A stretch of 25,381 nt of DNA from a virus. Its lineage: Duplodnaviria > Caudoviricetes. Below the pieces are notes generated by a model that was not told the DNA's origin, ran no database searches, and worked only from the letters and a program-made list of their open reading frames with translations. Made by a program: the position numbers and the translations under genes. Positions 23,805-25,381 of the stretch are shown here, piece by piece (positions within the stretch are counted from its first letter, which is position 1; every line of letters begins with the position of its first letter). Location of the stretch: positions 1 to 25,381 of IMG/VR virus record IMGVR_UViG_3300025005_000035. One strand, written 5' to 3'.

Positions 23805-24200
23805 TTACATGGCTTCCAGCTCGGCCATGAGCTTGGCATTGTACCAAGCCATTGCCTCCTCGTAGGTCTTGCCGAGCTTCTGCGCAATGGCCGCTATGGC
23901 CGGATTCATTGGCGCAGCCTTCGGCCCAGCTACCCGCATGTTCCAGTCCACGTTAGCCGCGTTGGCGTAGAACGCCACCATCTTCTCCACTTCCGCCCTG
24001 CGCATGGCTTCCGTTACCTTGAAGCCATTTTCCGCTGATTTTGCAATGGCTGCATTGTCCCCTATCCTAGCGGCAAATCCATGCAGCGCTGCATACCGAG
24101 CATTCTCTTGCGATACGTCGCGCATATTCAGCGTGACTGATTCCAGCCCGTCAAAGGTGAAGGTTACTGTCTGTGCTGTCGCGTTAAGTACTTTTTTCAT
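23805..24200 (-). CDS. First early protein (HG...GD family), paralogue of 19517-20155
   Basis: YAALHGFAARIGDNAA motif; RBS GAGG; preceded by two tandem promoters. Confidence 0.85.
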   Translation of the reverse strand: MKKVLNATAQTVTFTFDGLESVTLNMRDVSQENARYAALHGFAARIGDNAAIAKSAENGFKVTEAMRRAEVEKMVAFYANAANVDWNMRVAGPKAAPMNPAIAAIAQKLGKTYEEAMAWYNAKLMAELEAM

Positions 24201-24243
24201 ATCGAGCCTCTTTGGTTAACCCAGCCACAATTGGCTGGTATGT

Positions 24244-24272
24244 ATTCGACACGGCACGGATTGAAAAGTTCC
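24244..24272 (-). promoter_or_regulatory. RpoE/AlgU-type promoter
   Basis: Minus strand GGAACT-TTTCAATCCGTGCCGT(16)-GTCGAAT. Confidence 0.8.
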
Positions 24273-24343
24273 ATTTATTTTACGGTCATTCATAAAATAA
24301 ACCTGCCGTATCATGGCGCAACGTGATCATTGCCTCCACACGT

Positions 24344-24372
24344 ATTTGACCCGGCCCCGCGTGATTAGTTCC
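24344..24372 (-). promoter_or_regulatory. RpoE/AlgU-type promoter, exactly 100 bp upstream of the previous one
   Basis: Minus strand GGAACT-AATCACGCGGGGCCGG(16)-GTCAAAT. Confidence 0.8.
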
Positions 24373-24571
24373 AATTATTTTGCACCGACCGGAAACAAAA
24401 ACGCTGGCATACCCCCGCCATGCCCGCCCAGCCACGCACTTGTTGCTTCCACGCCACAGCCCGCCCACACCCCAGCCGTGCGCCCTGCCCGAATCAAGGC
24501 CCCGGGGGGCAAAATAAATCTACGCGTAAAAAGGAGAAATCCACTCTGCGATTTTTTATTTTTAGGGAAAT

Positions 24572-24603
24572 TCGCGCGAGTTATCCTCCAATAATCCACG
24601 CGA
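24572..24603. promoter_or_regulatory. 32-bp palindromic site, copy 4 (upstream of the late promoter)
   Basis: TCGCGCGAGTTAT-cctcca-ATAATCCACGCGA. Confidence 0.65.
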
Positions 24604-24650
24604 GCAACCGCCGGGGCGCGAAGGGAATTACTCCCCAGGGCCAGGACGGG

Positions 24651-24679
24651 GGAACTATTGGCGGGGGAGTGTGTCCAAC
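24651..24679 (+). promoter_or_regulatory. RpoE/AlgU-type promoter for the packaging/late operon
   Basis: GGAACT-ATTGGCGGGGGAGTGT(16)-GTCCAAC. Confidence 0.7.
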
Positions 24680-24729
24680 GTGGGTATGGGTTGGGCCGGG
24701 TTTCGGCTCCCTGCGCAAGGAGACACGGA

Positions 24730-25278
24730 ATGGACAAGGAAGTGGAAGAGTTTAAGGATCTGCCCCAGTTTCAGCAGGAGGGCAGGTCCCAGGCGCCTAC
24801 GATGGGGGTGGTGGCGAAGGTTAATTATAGTCACACAGACATGATTGACTTTATCATCGCGAATCCGGGGACTACGCAGAATGCTCTTGCAGCCAGGTAT
24901 GGGTACTCGGTGGGATGGGTCAGTAATGTAATGGCCTCGGATGCGTGGCAGAGCGCGATGGCGGCTCGGCGGTCCGAGATCTGTGACCCAGTCCTCGTTG
25001 CGACGATTGAGGAGCGGTTTAAAGGAATTACCCTTATGTCGCTTGAACGGCTGAAGCAGAAGCTCGAGGCGCCGCAGGTCTCCGACAACGTGGTGCTGAA
25101 AGCGGTGGAGCTCGGGGCGAAGGCGATCGGGGTCGGGGGGAATGCTCCGGCCCAGGCCCCGCCAGGAGACCACCTGGCCCAGCTAGCTAATCGGTTAATT
25201 GAACTTCAATCACGGGTCCGCGTGGCTCATCAAGGAGATGTTGTAAATGTCCAAGCAGTTGAAATCAGTGCCGCTTAA
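24730..25278 (+). CDS. Probable terminase small subunit (HTH protein)
   Basis: RBS AAGGAGA before ATG 24730; HTH-like TTQNALAARYGYSVGWVSNVM then a helical region; first gene of the late arm. Function inferred from position. Confidence 0.6.
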   Translation: MDKEVEEFKDLPQFQQEGRSQAPTMGVVAKVNYSHTDMIDFIIANPGTTQNALAARYGYSVGWVSNVMASDAWQSAMAARRSEICDPVLVATIEERFKGITLMSLERLKQKLEAPQVSDNVVLKAVELGAKAIGVGGNAPAQAPPGDHLAQLANRLIELQSRVRVAHQGDVVNVQAVEISAA

Positions 25279-25381
25279 CAAGGGCGGAAGCGAGGGTGGG
25301 TATAAGAACGGCGTGCCGGCGAAGCTGGTGCAGCGTAACCTTATGCCGGTGAAGACCGCGGAGGCCTTCGTGCCGACGCCC
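25268..25381 (+). CDS. Hypothetical protein, truncated at the window end
   Basis: GTG at 25268 opens MPLNKGGSEGGYKNGVPAKLVQRNL..., which stays open to the end of the window. Confidence 0.45.
   Translation, partial: MPLNKGGSEGGYKNGVPAKLVQRNLMPVKTAEAFVPTP

Larger units (their letters stand above)
1..25381. mobile_element. Tailed dsDNA bacteriophage genome segment (tail, lysis, replication, early genes, start of packaging module)
   Basis: Tail fibre, endolysin, holin, phage PolA, recombination genes and dense small ORFs arranged in two opposed transcriptional arms; no host housekeeping genes seen. Confidence 0.95.

Noticed and set aside
7326-24038. Numerous + strand ORFs antisense to the early arm (e.g. 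8717-9307, 9728-10834, 13815-14333, 21313-21987)
   Set aside because: Shadow ORFs expected opposite GC-rich genes; no motifs, RBS or promoters.
7192-24603. Palindromes as Xer dif or other recombinase sites
   Set aside because: dif has ATAA-N6-TTAT with a TTATGTTAAAT XerD arm; here the core is inverted and no XerD arm or recombinase gene is present.
24658-24729. Upstream TTG start for the terminase-small-like ORF
   Set aside because: It lies inside the predicted promoter; ATG 24730 has a strong RBS.

Overview
About 25 kb of a tailed dsDNA phage genome (podovirus-like, GC-rich backbone, probably a proteobacterial host; host is inferred, not shown). The + strand (1-7182) carries the end of the virion module: a truncated large virion protein, three AT-rich tail fibre/tailspike genes and a lysis cassette (M15 peptidase endolysin, 3-TM holin). 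The - strand (7230-24372) carries the whole early/replication arm: DUF3987-like helicase, a UDG-fold/3'-5' exonuclease/family A DNA polymerase, a ParB-DNA methyltransferase fusion, SSB-like proteins, a Sak4/AAA_24-like ATPase, a Cas4-like nuclease and many small genes. A probable terminase small subunit starts the next + strand operon at 24730. No integrase, primase, sigma factor, tRNA or CRISPR array was recognised. Most notable: (1) eight intergenic, correctly oriented GGAACT-N16-GTCNAA promoters matching the RpoE/AlgU envelope-stress sigma consensus, in front of early, packaging and tail operons; (2) four copies of a 32-bp palindrome (13-bp arms, TTAT-N6-ATAA core), one directly upstream of the ParB-MTase; (3) an unusual PolA (His at the 762-equivalent position, Asp at the steric gate, degenerate UDG domain) with no recognisable primase, plus a separate 67-aa PolA-fingers miniprotein; (4) structured intergenic RNAs, one with a loop complementary to a ribosome-binding motif shared by several early genes. 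All family assignments come from motif recognition by eye and need HMM or structure confirmation.
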